Assembly (NCBI GenBank): GCA_965221165.1
Contig: CBDCRP010000003.1
Coordinates: 1,920,001 to 1,984,000 of the forward strand
DNA: 64,000 nucleotides
Direction of reading: 5' to 3'
Source of the DNA: a bacterium
Lineage (GTDB): Bacteria > UBA8248
Below the pieces are notes generated by a model, which saw nothing but the letters and a program-made list of their open reading frames with translations, was not told the origin of the DNA and searched no databases. Position 1 is the first letter of the stretch. Every line of letters begins with the position of its first letter. The position numbers and the translations under genes are program-made. Positions 28,890 through 39,206 of the stretch are shown here, piece by piece.

Positions 28890-30497
28890 ATGCGCATCGT
28901 TCTCGCCGGTCACAACGTAGACGTCGACGTCCTCCGCCAAATGAAAAAAGAGATACTCGAACCGGCCGCCCACGGCTGGGAGGAGAACCGCCTCGACGCC
29001 ATGAGCGAGGCCGAACTCAGAACGCAGGCGTCGGAACTCCAGCGAAGGGCCGCCGATTTTCTCGATCGCGACAACCTGACGCCCGAGCCCATCAGCGCGT
29101 CCTACGCGCGCATCAGCCGGGACCCCCGGCCCATCGACGAGTTGCGCGCCATCGCGCGCGTCGAGGTGGAAAAGGCGCGCAAGAGCAACCAGAACATCAT
29201 CTTCGGCTACGGGCACAGTTCCGTGGCCGAGCACGCGAGCTTCAACATCGACGTCATCGGCGTGAGCCGCTACGCGGTGGAGGAGATCCAGAAGTTCAGG
29301 CTTCTTGCCTACACGGAGAAAAGCCAGCGCTACATCCTACTCGAAGACGACTTCGTCGTGCCTGAGGAAATCGAAAAAACAGGCCTGAAAAGCCTTTTCA
29401 CCCGGACGATAAAAGCCCAGAACGCCTGCTACCACGCGCTTTACGGGAAACTCAGGCCCTGGGTGTTCGAGCAAAACCCCGAACTCGCCGCCAAGAAGAG
29501 GAACCACAAGACCCTCGAGGGCTGGGCCAAGGAGGACGCGCGCTACATCGTTTCTTTCGCCACGGAATCGCAAATCGGCATAACGCTCAGCGCCAGGAGC
29601 CTCGAGCACGTCGTCAGCCGCTGCGCCTCTCACCCTCTCGCGGAGGTTCGCGAATACGGGCGTCGCCTGTACGAGTCCATCGAGGGCGTCGCGCCCTCTT
29701 TGGTGAAATACACCGACCCCACCGAATACAACACCCACACCCGGGCGGCGCTGAGGGAAGAGGCGTCCGGCATCATCGGGCGAATGGGTGAGGAGACGAA
29801 ACCCGTCCCGCCCATCGCCCGGGAGAAAGACGTTTCCCTCGTCGACGCCACTCCCGATGCGGATGCGCTCATCGCCGCGGCGCTTCTGCATTCATCCTCG
29901 GGCGAGACGATGTCGCGCTGTAAGGCCGCGGCCCAGAAGATGAGCGAGGATGAGCGCGCGCGCTTCATCGCCTCCACGTTCAGGTTCATGCGCGGGCACG
30001 ACGCCGTCCTGCGCGAATTCGAGAACGTGCGCTGCGTGTTCGAGGTGACGCTCTCCGCCGCGTGTTTCGGGCAATTAAAACGCCACCGCATGTCCACCCT
30101 GAACACCCAGCCCTATGACATCACCCTGGGCGTAACCGTGCCCTCGGCGGTCGCCGAGTCGGGCGCAGCACCCGAATTCCAGGCCGCCGTCGATGAAACC
30201 AACGCCGCGTATGAGAAAATCGCCGCGCAAGCGCCGATGGCCGCGCCCTACGTGCTCACGAACGCGCACAAGCGGCGCGTGTTGTTCTCATCGAACGCGC
30301 GCGAGCTCTACCACGTATCGAGGCTCAGGGAAGACCCCCACGCGCAATGGGACATCCGGGATAAATCCACGCAGATGATAAAACTCGCGAAAAAGGTCAT
30401 GCCGGCCACGATGCAACTGGCCGTGGGGAAGCATCTGTTCGAGGAAACCCACGCGGCGCTCTTTCCCGAAGAGGCCGAAAAAGCGGGGGTCGAGTAG
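28890..30497 (+). CDS. thyX: FAD-dependent thymidylate synthase, tandem-domain type
   Basis: SYARISR, GYGHSSVAEH, EKSQRY, EDARYI, QLKRHR, HAQWDIR. Confidence 0.88.
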   Translation: MRIVLAGHNVDVDVLRQMKKEILEPAAHGWEENRLDAMSEAELRTQASELQRRAADFLDRDNLTPEPISASYARISRDPRPIDELRAIARVEVEKARKSNQNIIFGYGHSSVAEHASFNIDVIGVSRYAVEEIQKFRLLAYTEKSQRYILLEDDFVVPEEIEKTGLKSLFTRTIKAQNACYHALYGKLRPWVFEQNPELAAKKRNHKTLEGWAKEDARYIVSFATESQIGITLSARSLEHVVSRCASHPLAEVREYGRRLYESIEGVAPSLVKYTDPTEYNTHTRAALREEASGIIGRMGEETKPVPPIAREKDVSLVDATPDADALIAAALLHSSSGETMSRCKAAAQKMSEDERARFIASTFRFMRGHDAVLREFENVRCVFEVTLSAACFGQLKRHRMSTLNTQPYDITLGVTVPSAVAESGAAPEFQAAVDETNAAYEKIAAQAPMAAPYVLTNAHKRRVLFSSNARELYHVSRLREDPHAQWDIRDKSTQMIKLAKKVMPATMQLAVGKHLFEETHAALFPEEAEKAGVE

Positions 30498-30512
30498 CGC
30501 GCTCTCCGGAAC
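30475..30512 (+). repeat. Direct repeat copy 1 (thyX 3' end)
   Basis: ccgaaaaagcgggggtcgagtagcgc; 25/26 identical to 32256-32281. Confidence 0.85.
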
Positions 30513-30541
30513 TCCGCTTTATTCCGAGGGCGAGAAGGATG

Positions 30542-31237
30542 TTATTTTCGTCGCTCGATGATCAAAAACCGACGCGTGTCCCCATGCGGTGCGTCGATTA
30601 GCTCCTTCAGGAAAAACCTGTCTTTCCCCCAGGCGGCAATCAGATAGGGCATCGCCACGATATCCACCCCGAAGGGATCGAGCTCATTCTGAGTACGCGC
30701 ACTATGATGGAAGTTGTCATGTTCCAGAATGCAGAGGCCGCCCACCCGCAAGCTGTCGATCCACGTATTGAGGCACGTTTGCGGATCGTAGCTATGATCC
30801 AATGAATTGCTGTAGACGAAATCGGCCCTGTTCAACCATTCGGGGTTCTCCTCATGGAAATCCCATTGTACGGTATGCGGAAAATCCTTCGCTGAATCGG
30901 ATATCTCCGTTCCTATGACCTCACAGCCTAAGTATTTACGAAACCACGCTTGCTCCTCTCCTCGTCTCGTACCATGACAAATACCGAACGTCGGCGCGCC
31001 GATTTCGCCTTGAATGTAGCCGGCGAGGAATTCGACGTTCTCTTCCATCGCCCAGGTCTGCTGAATCTTTCTCAGGTTACCTTCCTGCTGGATTTTTCGG
31101 TATTCCGCGTAGTCGAACGCCCCGTTCTCGTCCGTGTAGGCGTAAAGGGCGTAAGGGGAATCAAAACCCGGACCCGCCTTGGCTATCTTGTAACCGCTGC
31201 CGGCGAGAAGTTTGTTGATCATGTTTCGGATTTTCAT
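30542..31237 (-). CDS. Putative SAM-dependent methyltransferase-like protein
   Basis: GICHGTRRG, IGTEIS, DFVYSNSLDH, LRVGGLCILE. Confidence 0.65.
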   Translation of the reverse strand: MKIRNMINKLLAGSGYKIAKAGPGFDSPYALYAYTDENGAFDYAEYRKIQQEGNLRKIQQTWAMEENVEFLAGYIQGEIGAPTFGICHGTRRGEEQAWFRKYLGCEVIGTEISDSAKDFPHTVQWDFHEENPEWLNRADFVYSNSLDHSYDPQTCLNTWIDSLRVGGLCILEHDNFHHSARTQNELDPFGVDIVAMPYLIAAWGKDRFFLKELIDAPHGDTRRFLIIERRK

Positions 31238-31314
31238 CGTTCGTCCTTTAATCTAACCGATGATGCCCGAGAAGAGAGCACCGATGAACAGGGATTCGCC
31301 GGCCGGAGCCACGC

Positions 31315-32109
31315 TCATGACTTGCGCCCGAAGAGGCCGACGCCGCTTCCGGTGCCCGCCTGCAATCGCTCGAATCCCGCCTTCCCGAGACCCGACACGA
31401 GAGCATCCACCCGCTCCCCTCCGAGGATGCGCGGATGAAATTCCACGAGTAGATACTCGACCCCGCCAAGATTCAGGGCGGGAATCAACTCCGCCTCGGT
31501 CCCTTCGGCATCCATGACGACCACGTTCGGGCGATGCTCCTCGACGACATCTCCAATCGCGTCGCTCCCGACCACCAGAGGGGCCGTTTCGAGGCCTTTG
31601 TCGAACATCGAGGAGCCGACGATATCGGCGTTCTGAAAAAACTCGACGTTTCGGCTGTCCGCGGTCACTGCTTTCATTCGCAGATTCGGCGTCAGGCCAT
31701 TCAACCGGAAGTTCGCTTCTATGACACGCCGCATTGCGGGGTTGGCCTCATAAGAAAGCACCCGGCCTTCACCGACAATCCTGGTCGCCAGCAGACTCGT
31801 CAGCCCGATGCCCGCCCCGATGTCCAGAACGCGATGACCCGGCCGCAGTATGGCCCTCAAAAGATGGAGTTCCCGCTCCTCGTAACTTCCCTTGAACAGC
31901 GCGGCCTGCACGGCTCGGGGGACGAAGTTCTCGCTCGCATGCACACGGACGCCGCCGATTCTGACGACCGCCGAGCGCAAGACGCGGTGCCACCCCAGTC
32001 TGAAGATTCTGAAGATGCGGCGTAGCGGCAGACGCACTAGTTCCCTGGCCAGGACACGCAAAAGCCCGCCTCGAAGGCGGAGTTGAAGTCGGAGTGTTTC
32101 GCTCTTCAT
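31315..32109 (-). CDS. FkbM family methyltransferase
   Basis: YEERE, VLDIGAGIG, YEANP, MDAEGTE, LVEFHP. Confidence 0.88.
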   Translation of the reverse strand: MKSETLRLQLRLRGGLLRVLARELVRLPLRRIFRIFRLGWHRVLRSAVVRIGGVRVHASENFVPRAVQAALFKGSYEERELHLLRAILRPGHRVLDIGAGIGLTSLLATRIVGEGRVLSYEANPAMRRVIEANFRLNGLTPNLRMKAVTADSRNVEFFQNADIVGSSMFDKGLETAPLVVGSDAIGDVVEEHRPNVVVMDAEGTEAELIPALNLGGVEYLLVEFHPRILGGERVDALVSGLGKAGFERLQAGTGSGVGLFGRKS

Positions 32110-32255
32110 GGGAGAATTTTACCAAGCAATGCCTGTGAGTGGAACACCGTACGCGTAGTTTCGGGTCGCCGAGGAATCTGTAGCGATAAAGGAGAAATCC
32201 AGGGGGATGTCGTCTTCGTCATGGGCGCGGAAGACCCGAACAAAGAGGCGCACCC

Positions 32256-32293
32256 CCGAAAAAGCGGGGGTCGAGCAGCGCCTCCTCCGGAGC
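32256..32293 (+). repeat. Direct repeat copy 2
   Basis: ccgaaaaagcgggggtcgagcagcgc..ctccgga. Confidence 0.85.
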
Positions 32294-32614
32294 GCAGCGC
32301 TCCCGATGCGAGGTGCGCAAGAGCGGCTCGCTCCCTCAAGCGTTGCCCGCCACATCCACATCCGTCTTTTGCCGGAACAAAGCCGCGCCCCCTGCGGCCA
32401 GCCCCAAAGCGTGCAGCCAGGCAGGCCCCGGGAACAGGAGCAGGGATGCGCCTATCATCACGGTTCTCAGGCCTGGGTTCATGGGCAAGGAAATTTTCGC
32501 TCGAAGGGGAAAATTGACGCGGCGCGGCAATGGGTTTAGTCTAGGAGGTGTTTTTCGACCTTCAGTCCTCGGCCCAAAAGCCGCCGGGAGAGGCCATTCA
32601 TTCGGGGGGTCGCC

Positions 32615-33130
32615 ATGACGACCTTCTTTCAGACGCTCATACGTCCCGATCGGGAGGAAAGCGCCCAGCGCGCGGAAGTCGCCAAGGCGGCGAACCTGCT
32701 GCAAGTGGGGGAGTTTCAGTTCTTACAACTCGCCTACAGCAAATGGCATTCCAAGGAGATGTCCGAGGAGCTCATCAACCGCCTGTTCATGGGCTATATG
32801 CTCTACGATCAGGTGCCCTACTGGGCGCGGCACCATGCCCACCACATACTGGCCCTGGACGAACAAGGCGAACTGAACGAAAACGACCCCGCGTATCACA
32901 GGTACGACAGGGATTACGGCAAAAAGCTCCCCCGGGACATCAAGCGCTTCATCGTGACCGCCGCCATCATGGTGTCGGTGATGACAGGAATCCTCTGGCT
33001 CAGCCATCTGGCCGCAGGGGAGAGCACCTCTTTTCTGCCGCCCTATTTCACGAAAAAAGAAATGAAGGCCATGGCGGAGAAGCGCAAAGTCGAGGAAACA
33101 TCCCTCGCGCCGGGCCGTTACAGCAGATAG
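32615..33130 (+). CDS. Hypothetical protein with one C-terminal TM helix
   Basis: Host-like codon usage and RBS; EFQFLQLAY, VPYWARH. Confidence 0.75.
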   Translation: MTTFFQTLIRPDREESAQRAEVAKAANLLQVGEFQFLQLAYSKWHSKEMSEELINRLFMGYMLYDQVPYWARHHAHHILALDEQGELNENDPAYHRYDRDYGKKLPRDIKRFIVTAAIMVSVMTGILWLSHLAAGESTSFLPPYFTKKEMKAMAEKRKVEETSLAPGRYSR

Positions 33131-33160
33131 CGTGGAACAAACTTTCTACACGAGGTCGTC

Positions 33161-33361
33161 ATGTTCGAATTCACAGGCGAGTATCAACAAGCCGTAAACT
33201 TCATCTTCCTGTTCACCACGGGCTTCATCGCCATCAAGGCCATCCGCACGCGCAATCCCGACGGCGGGTCGGATTTCATCCACCTGCTCTTCGGCTGCAT
33301 CGCCGCGGTGTTCTTCTTTCTGGTCCTGTTCCAGGACGTGCTCGGCGTCATCCGTTTCTAA
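33161..33361 (+). CDS. Small two-TM membrane protein
   Basis: GAGG RBS; two hydrophobic segments. Confidence 0.75.
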   Translation: MFEFTGEYQQAVNFIFLFTTGFIAIKAIRTRNPDGGSDFIHLLFGCIAAVFFFLVLFQDVLGVIRF

Positions 33362-33404
33362 CGTAAAGGACCACTGATACGCCGAGCCGTTTCGATACGA
33401 ATGC

Positions 33405-34058
33405 TCAGGGTTTGTGCATGCGCTGCTCCGCGTCGATTTCAGGCACGCGCAACAGGCGTTTTTCCGGCGGGAGCGCGAGTTGTTCTTTCAGGTATATGGC
33501 GCGCTTGCGCACAGAGGACGGGTTCGACGTGCCGTAGACCACCTTGTCGATGATGCCCGGCCCGTCCACCGCTCCCTGGTCGGTCTTGAGCGCCTCGATA
33601 TAATCGGCGAGCGCCTCCTTGTAGCGGCCCTTCGTGTCGTGGACGATGCCCCGGTTGGCGTATGCCGCCGCAATCGTGGCGGTGCCCGTCGCGTCGGTGA
33701 GGTCCAAGTTTTTCTTGAGATAATCTATGAGGTAGGTGAGTTCGGCCGAGGCCTTGTCGTATTGCTTCGTCTGGATGAACACCAGCGCGCGGCCCATCAG
33801 CGCGCCCCGGTGGTTGGGCCTCTCGCGCAGCGCCCGGTTGAAGCTCGACAGCGCTTCCTCGAAGTTCCTCTCGCTCAGCCGGATGTCGCCCTCGCGGGTG
33901 GCGTAATCCCCCGGCTGCTCGTCGGTATACATCTCCCACACCGCCCACGCGGAAAACATGACGAAGATGAGAATCGCCATGTTTTTGATAAAGCGCTTGA
34001 GCACTCGCGAACGAGGATCGCCTTGTTCTTGATGAAGCTCTTGGTTCATCAGGGTCAC
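33405..34058 (-). CDS. Membrane-anchored tetratricopeptide repeat protein
   Basis: N-terminal TM; FEEALSSFNRAL, AYANRGIV..GRYKEALADY. Confidence 0.85.
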   Translation of the reverse strand: MTLMNQELHQEQGDPRSRVLKRFIKNMAILIFVMFSAWAVWEMYTDEQPGDYATREGDIRLSERNFEEALSSFNRALRERPNHRGALMGRALVFIQTKQYDKASAELTYLIDYLKKNLDLTDATGTATIAAAYANRGIVHDTKGRYKEALADYIEALKTDQGAVDGPGIIDKVVYGTSNPSSVRKRAIYLKEQLALPPEKRLLRVPEIDAEQRMHKP

Positions 34059-34288
34059 CGGAAAAGATGGTTCATGTAGAAATAGGCGAACACGAAGCAG
34101 AGCAGCAGCGCCGTCATGCCCGCGCGTTTTTTGAGCGCAAAGCGTTCTTCGTCCGAGCTCTCCTCCCCATCTTTTTCCGCGCGCCGGACGTAGAGCACCC
34201 AGATGAGCCTGCGCACGGGCAGGTACAGCGCGGCGACCATCGCGAGCGTCCAGAGCAGCGTGTATTTTGCGGTGAACAATTCAGCCAT
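34055..34288 (-). CDS. Small two-TM protein, probably associated with the symporter
   Basis: Two TM helices; overlaps the TPR gene start by 4 nt. Confidence 0.75.
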   Translation of the reverse strand: MAELFTAKYTLLWTLAMVAALYLPVRRLIWVLYVRRAEKDGEESSDEERFALKKRAGMTALLLCFVFAYFYMNHLFR

Positions 34289-34383
34289 GGGGTCATTCAG
34301 CCATCAGGGCGGCGGAAAAACAACACGGGGGAGGAACTCGCGCTCCTCCCCCGCATGGCGATACTCTTACATCACGGTCTCGT

Positions 34384-36357
34384 CTAGGACGATCCCGCCT
34401 GCTGCGGAACCACGTCGCCGATGTCCTCCACGAGCGCCTCGATCTCCGTATCCGGCACCGTGGACATTTCCATCTTGTAGGCGAGCATCCACATCATACC
34501 CACGCCAAGGGCCCAGAAGAGAATCTGCCAGGCCCAAATAGAGGGCATGCCGAACGTCCATCCTGCCCGCCCCGCGTCGGGAGCGCCGAAGATCCAGTTG
34601 CCGATGACGGCGCCCGGGCCGATGCCGAAGAACATCCAGGCCAGCGTAACGCCCCATGCCACGGGTACGAGACCCTGTTTTTCCGGCGAGAGCGAAGCGT
34701 GCTCGGCCAGGAAGTCGTGGTACTTCTGCCGGTGGGCCGCCGACGCCGCGTCCTGCGTTTGCGCGGAGACGATCCAGCACACCGCCACGTTGAAGAGAAT
34801 GCCCCAGCCAGCGGAGTGAATCGTCCACGGCCAGCGGCCCCAGATGTCGATGCCGATTCCCTTGAGAATCGTCAGACCGAAGTTCTCCGTGAAGATGACG
34901 GCCAGCAGGCCGGCCGCCAGTCCCCAGGTGGCGCCTTGTCTCGTAATCTTCGGGTACCAGCAGACCGCCACCAACGGCGGCCACATCTGGAAGCCGAAGG
35001 CGACGGCAAGTCCTCCAAGCAACACCAGCGCGTCTCTTGAGAACGTCGCCACGAGTAGCGCTGAGACCACGATGATCAAAACGCCGATCCGTCCCGCAAC
35101 CTTCTGGGTTTCATGCGAGGCGCCGGGGTTCAGATACCTCTTGTACAGATCGCGGGTGAGCATGCCGCCCGCCGTGGACATGTACGCCGCCCCCGTGGAC
35201 TGCATGGCGGCCAGCGCGCAGACGGCCAGAAGACCGACCAGCCAGGGCGCCGCGTCCGCAATGTAGTTGAAATAGTACGGCACCAGCGAGTCGGGCTTTT
35301 TCGCAATGGACGCGGCGAGCACGTCCGATATCGCAAGTCCCGCTTTGGTCACCGCCGGGTTCGCACCGAGAAGATGCGCTCCCATTCCCTGGAACGCGGT
35401 GAAGAAGAACAGGATGAACCCGATGCCTGCCGAGGACGCCCAGACCTGCTGGGGCGCGAAGGGGCGCGGGTTGTTGTTCGAGAACGCCCACATGGAAAAC
35501 GCCGGGGAAGACTGGATACCCATGAGCGCGAACATGTAGGTCAGGCACATGACGCCCGTCCACAGACCTCCAACCGGGGTTTGCTTGCCCAGGCCGGCCG
35601 TGAACTGGATGACGCCGGGGATGGCGAAGTAGGCGTTGTAGTCGCCGCCGCCGTATCCTTTCGTCGTCCCCCACTTGCCCACCGAGGAGGCCGCCAATTT
35701 GGCGAGGCCATCGTTCAGAGGGCCCCATCCGCCTGCGATGTTCAGAGCGATGAAGCCCGTAATCATGATGCCCAGCGCGAGGAGAATACACTGGAGCGTA
35801 TCCACGTAGGCCACGGCGCGCAGACCTCCTGCCGCGACGTATATCAGCACGACGGCCGAGAGCAGCCACATGCCCACGTTGATGCTGAAAGCGCCATCGG
35901 TCAGCACGTTGAACAAGAAGCCCGAGGCTCCCAACTGCACGCCGAGGTAGGGAATCGAGAACAACAGGGCCACGATGACCGTGAGGATGCGAATCGCGTC
36001 CCCCTGGAAGTAGTCGGCGAACATTTCACCGGGCGTGACATATCCGTAGCGTTTGCCCAGCATCCACTGGCGCTTCAGGAATATCACCCCGGTAAAGGGG
36101 ATGGTGATGGTGTAGAAAGAAGCGTAGGCGTACTGGAAGCCGTCGCGATAGACGAGTCCCGGGTGTCCCATGAACGTCCATCCCGAAAACGACGTCGCCG
36201 TCGCCGCCAGGACGAACACCCACATCGATAGCTGGCGACCCGCGATAAAGTAGTCACCAGCCGTTCTCGCCATTTGCGCGCACTTGAGGCCCCAGAAGAT
36301 ACAGTAGGCCCAATAGAGCACGACGAAGGCGAACAACCAGAAAATCTTGGCATTCAT
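34384..36357 (-). CDS. Sodium:solute symporter family protein
   Basis: DYFIAGR, ATSFSGWTFMGHPG, GGLRAVAYVDTLQ, LAAMQST, TRDLY. Confidence 0.93.
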   Translation of the reverse strand: MNAKIFWLFAFVVLYWAYCIFWGLKCAQMARTAGDYFIAGRQLSMWVFVLAATATSFSGWTFMGHPGLVYRDGFQYAYASFYTITIPFTGVIFLKRQWMLGKRYGYVTPGEMFADYFQGDAIRILTVIVALLFSIPYLGVQLGASGFLFNVLTDGAFSINVGMWLLSAVVLIYVAAGGLRAVAYVDTLQCILLALGIMITGFIALNIAGGWGPLNDGLAKLAASSVGKWGTTKGYGGGDYNAYFAIPGVIQFTAGLGKQTPVGGLWTGVMCLTYMFALMGIQSSPAFSMWAFSNNNPRPFAPQQVWASSAGIGFILFFFTAFQGMGAHLLGANPAVTKAGLAISDVLAASIAKKPDSLVPYYFNYIADAAPWLVGLLAVCALAAMQSTGAAYMSTAGGMLTRDLYKRYLNPGASHETQKVAGRIGVLIIVVSALLVATFSRDALVLLGGLAVAFGFQMWPPLVAVCWYPKITRQGATWGLAAGLLAVIFTENFGLTILKGIGIDIWGRWPWTIHSAGWGILFNVAVCWIVSAQTQDAASAAHRQKYHDFLAEHASLSPEKQGLVPVAWGVTLAWMFFGIGPGAVIGNWIFGAPDAGRAGWTFGMPSIWAWQILFWALGVGMMWMLAYKMEMSTVPDTEIEALVEDIGDVVPQQAGSS

Positions 36358-37003
36358 CTAAGCGCCTCCTTATTGATAGGAACCAACCCAACTATGCCGC
36401 ACACACTGAACGCGGGATTTGGAAACCGCATCCCGCGCTGCAAACATTGAGCATCCTCCGATAAAGATTCCTCCCTCGTTACGATACTGCTAAACATGCA
36501 CAGGGCGAAATTTTTATTGGCGCATATCTAAATACGGTCTTTAAATATATCGCGTATTGTAACCTTTTCGTAACAAAATGCAAAACACAAAAAAACGGAG
36601 TACTTTCCCGGAATCCTCCATATAGCGTTATTTCCTGCAAATTCAATCCTCTCGCGAGAGGGTGGTCGGTGGAAGATTTCCCGGCGAGCGGCTTCTTTTT
36701 CACGGGTGAATCAGGTGAAATCCTTACATGGGCGAGGGGAGCGATGCCAGACGCCAACAAGTGGCACGCGCCGGAACGATGAAGACCGTATGCGTATTGT
36801 AGAAGCATATCCCAAGAAGAAGCAAGGGGGGTTTTGGGGGGGGGGGGAGGTGAACTTTATCTCTCACACTTTCGCGTCCATTCATGCCATTACCTTGGTG
36901 CTACCCATACGATTTGGATTTCATCAAAACCACATTGTGGTTGCTCAACCAAATAAATCAGGCTACATTCCAAGGAGATGTAAATATTGTCGATACGAGA
37001 GAG

Positions 37004-37435
37004 ATGATGGCAAGCGTTCACGATGTAAGTAAATATATCCTGAAAAAAAGCGGACCTCTGACTACCTGGAAGCTGCAAAAACTCGTTTATTATTGCCAGG
37101 CGTGGTCATTGGTGTGGGATGAGACTCCTTTGTTCCAAGCGAGAATCGAAGCCTGGGCGAATGGTCCCGTAGTGCCTGAATTGTATCGCTTTCATAAGGG
37201 CAAGTTTCAGGTTTCCGATTGGCCGCGCGGGAAAATCGGCAATCTTACGAAGGATGAAAAGGAAACCATAGACGCCGTTCTTGAATACTATGGCGACAAA
37301 CCTTCTCAATGGCTCAAGGATTTGACCCACCTCGAAGCGCCATGGAAGGATGCCAGAAAAGGCATTCCACCGGGCGAGCGCAGTACGAACCCGATTTCTC
37401 ACGAATCAATTTTCGAATACTACGACAGTCTCTAG
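37004..37435 (+). CDS. Panacea-domain (DUF4065/SocA-like) antitoxin
   Basis: KLQKLVYYCQAW, EAWANGPVVPELY, LTHLEAPWKDAR. Confidence 0.9.
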   Translation: MMASVHDVSKYILKKSGPLTTWKLQKLVYYCQAWSLVWDETPLFQARIEAWANGPVVPELYRFHKGKFQVSDWPRGKIGNLTKDEKETIDAVLEYYGDKPSQWLKDLTHLEAPWKDARKGIPPGERSTNPISHESIFEYYDSL

Positions 37436-37451
37436 TTCCATCATTTCATAG

Positions 37452-37607
37452 ATGACCATGTCGAAACGGGTACGCCGGCGGGAACAGCCATCTACGGGAA
37501 AAACGCCCAAGACTGCCGAAAATCCAGACTTTGGAGGTTACTCTCCGCTTCGCATTCTTCACCTCCGAGACCTTTCCCATGCCTTGTATTTTTCGTTTGC
37601 CTCCTGA
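37452..37607 (+). pseudogene. Probable truncated partner (toxin) gene
   Basis: Starts 16 nt after the Panacea stop; basic N-terminus MSKRVRRREQPSTGKTPKTAENPD, then runs into the convergent gene. Confidence 0.4.
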
Positions 37608-37936
37608 AGCAAGTCCATTTCCCTTAATTCAAGCGCTTCAACACCTCCAAGAGTAATGGCCCATTGACCATTGTTTTTTGTCAAAAACCCCGCTTTTACA
37701 AACTCGGTGCTTCTTATAAAAGAACCTTCCCATCTGGGATAACGCCTTGTCGTCCCAATAATTTCCGTCTCCAATTCGGTTAGGGTAGGCCCAATCCTTT
37801 CCTCCACAAGCTCCATTACCCTCTTCCGGGGAAGAGAACCGCCATTCTCACGAAGGACGCTGAGCGCGGCGTAAAGAACCTTCGCATCCGTCGCTTTAAT
37901 GTTCAGCTTTCCGCGTTCTGAAGACGCCATAACCAA
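37559..37936 (-). CDS. Stand-alone Mrr N-terminal-like winged-helix domain protein (possibly truncated)
   Basis: LRENGGSL, PRWE..VKAGFLTKNNGQWAIT..G..AL; no catalytic domain. Confidence 0.7.
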   Translation of the reverse strand: MVMASSERGKLNIKATDAKVLYAALSVLRENGGSLPRKRVMELVEERIGPTLTELETEIIGTTRRYPRWEGSFIRSTEFVKAGFLTKNNGQWAITLGGVEALELREMDLLQEANEKYKAWERSRR

Positions 37937-37994
37937 CCCCCCTTTTTAGCTTCACACGAAAAATCGCGCCGCTAGGCACCCCCCCCCACGAACC

Positions 37995-38022
37995 AAAAAA
38001 GCCGGGGCCTGATGGCCCCGGC
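37995..38022 (-). terminator. Rho-independent terminator downstream of tRNA-Arg
   Basis: gccggggcc-tgat-ggccccggc with an A6 run on + (U6 on -). Confidence 0.8.
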
Positions 38023-38035
38023 CTCTTATAATAGA

Positions 38036-38112
<77 letters not shown>

Positions 38113-38410
38113 TCGCCGTTTCTTTTATAGCCTGCAAGACGCGCACCTTGCAAACAAAAGCGGAGAAACTACCCCCTGCCGGAACTCGAAGTCAAGGAGC
38201 GGCGCGCTCTTTCATCCTCCTCCCGATGGCGGGGTCTGCGCCTGTGCCCCGGATGCGAAAAGTTTTCCCGCGCGCGCTTGAAAAAACATCCGCTTATCCT
38301 TTAGACTCGCCTTGCGTTTATTACGGCAACCATTTATTTTTCGCGGTTTCGGGGGAATGTGACGCCCCGATCCACTTTTCACAAGGCAAGCACCGGAGGA
38401 TACGCTTCTC

Positions 38411-39079
38411 ATGATGAGTTGGCTCCCGGAGAACATTTCTCTCGAAGGAGAGGAAATCGACTTTCTCTTCTATATCTCCTACTATCTGACGGCGGTCGTC
38501 TTCATCCTGGTCGCCGCCGCGATGATCTATTTCCTCATCAAATACCGCGCCAAACCGGGCGTGAAGGCGAAATACGTGCACGGCAACAACACCCTGGAGA
38601 TTCTCTGGACGGTGATTCCCGCCTTCATCCTGCTCGTATTCGTCCTGATGACACAGACCTCCTGGGCGAAGCTCAAGCTGGCGATTCCCCAGAACCCCCA
38701 CGTGCGCGTCGAGGTGACCGGCAAGCAGTTCAACTGGATCGTGCGCTACCCCGGAGACGACGACAAATTCGGCACCAAGGACGACCTCGTGCTCGACAAC
38801 CAGTTGAACGTGCCGGTGAACAAGCAGGTGCTCATCTCGCTGAAAGGAACCGACGTCATCCATAGCTTCTTCATTCCGCATACCCGCATGAAGCAGGACG
38901 TGGTTCCGGGCCGGACGATTCCGCTGTGGTTCACGCCGATCAAGACGGGCAAATACGAGATACCGTGCGCCGAGCTTTGCGGCTTCGGGCATTCGGGCAT
39001 GAAAGGGGAACTCGTCGTTCATTCGGCGGCGGACTATGCGAAATGGCGCAAGGAGGCCTGGGAGAACAAGGATAAATAG
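38411..39079 (+). CDS. coxB: Cytochrome c oxidase subunit II
   Basis: LEILWTVIP, DVIHSF, CAELCGFGHSGM CuA ligands. Confidence 0.96.
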   Translation: MMSWLPENISLEGEEIDFLFYISYYLTAVVFILVAAAMIYFLIKYRAKPGVKAKYVHGNNTLEILWTVIPAFILLVFVLMTQTSWAKLKLAIPQNPHVRVEVTGKQFNWIVRYPGDDDKFGTKDDLVLDNQLNVPVNKQVLISLKGTDVIHSFFIPHTRMKQDVVPGRTIPLWFTPIKTGKYEIPCAELCGFGHSGMKGELVVHSAADYAKWRKEAWENKDK

Positions 39080-39206
39080 ACGCTATCCATAAGCGCTGTA
39101 TTACATGAGAGCCATGAGGGCGTAAAAGTCCTCGTTCATATCTTGAAACGTGTCGGAAGGAAGAAAAAGTCTTTCGTCCTTTAATCTACGAGGGATGCAG
39201 GAAACC

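Noticed and set aside
36826-37994. G12 tract (36836-47) and C9 tract (37979-87) as inverted ends of the Panacea/Mrr-N islet
   Set aside because: Low-complexity homopolymers with weak flanking match and no target duplication.
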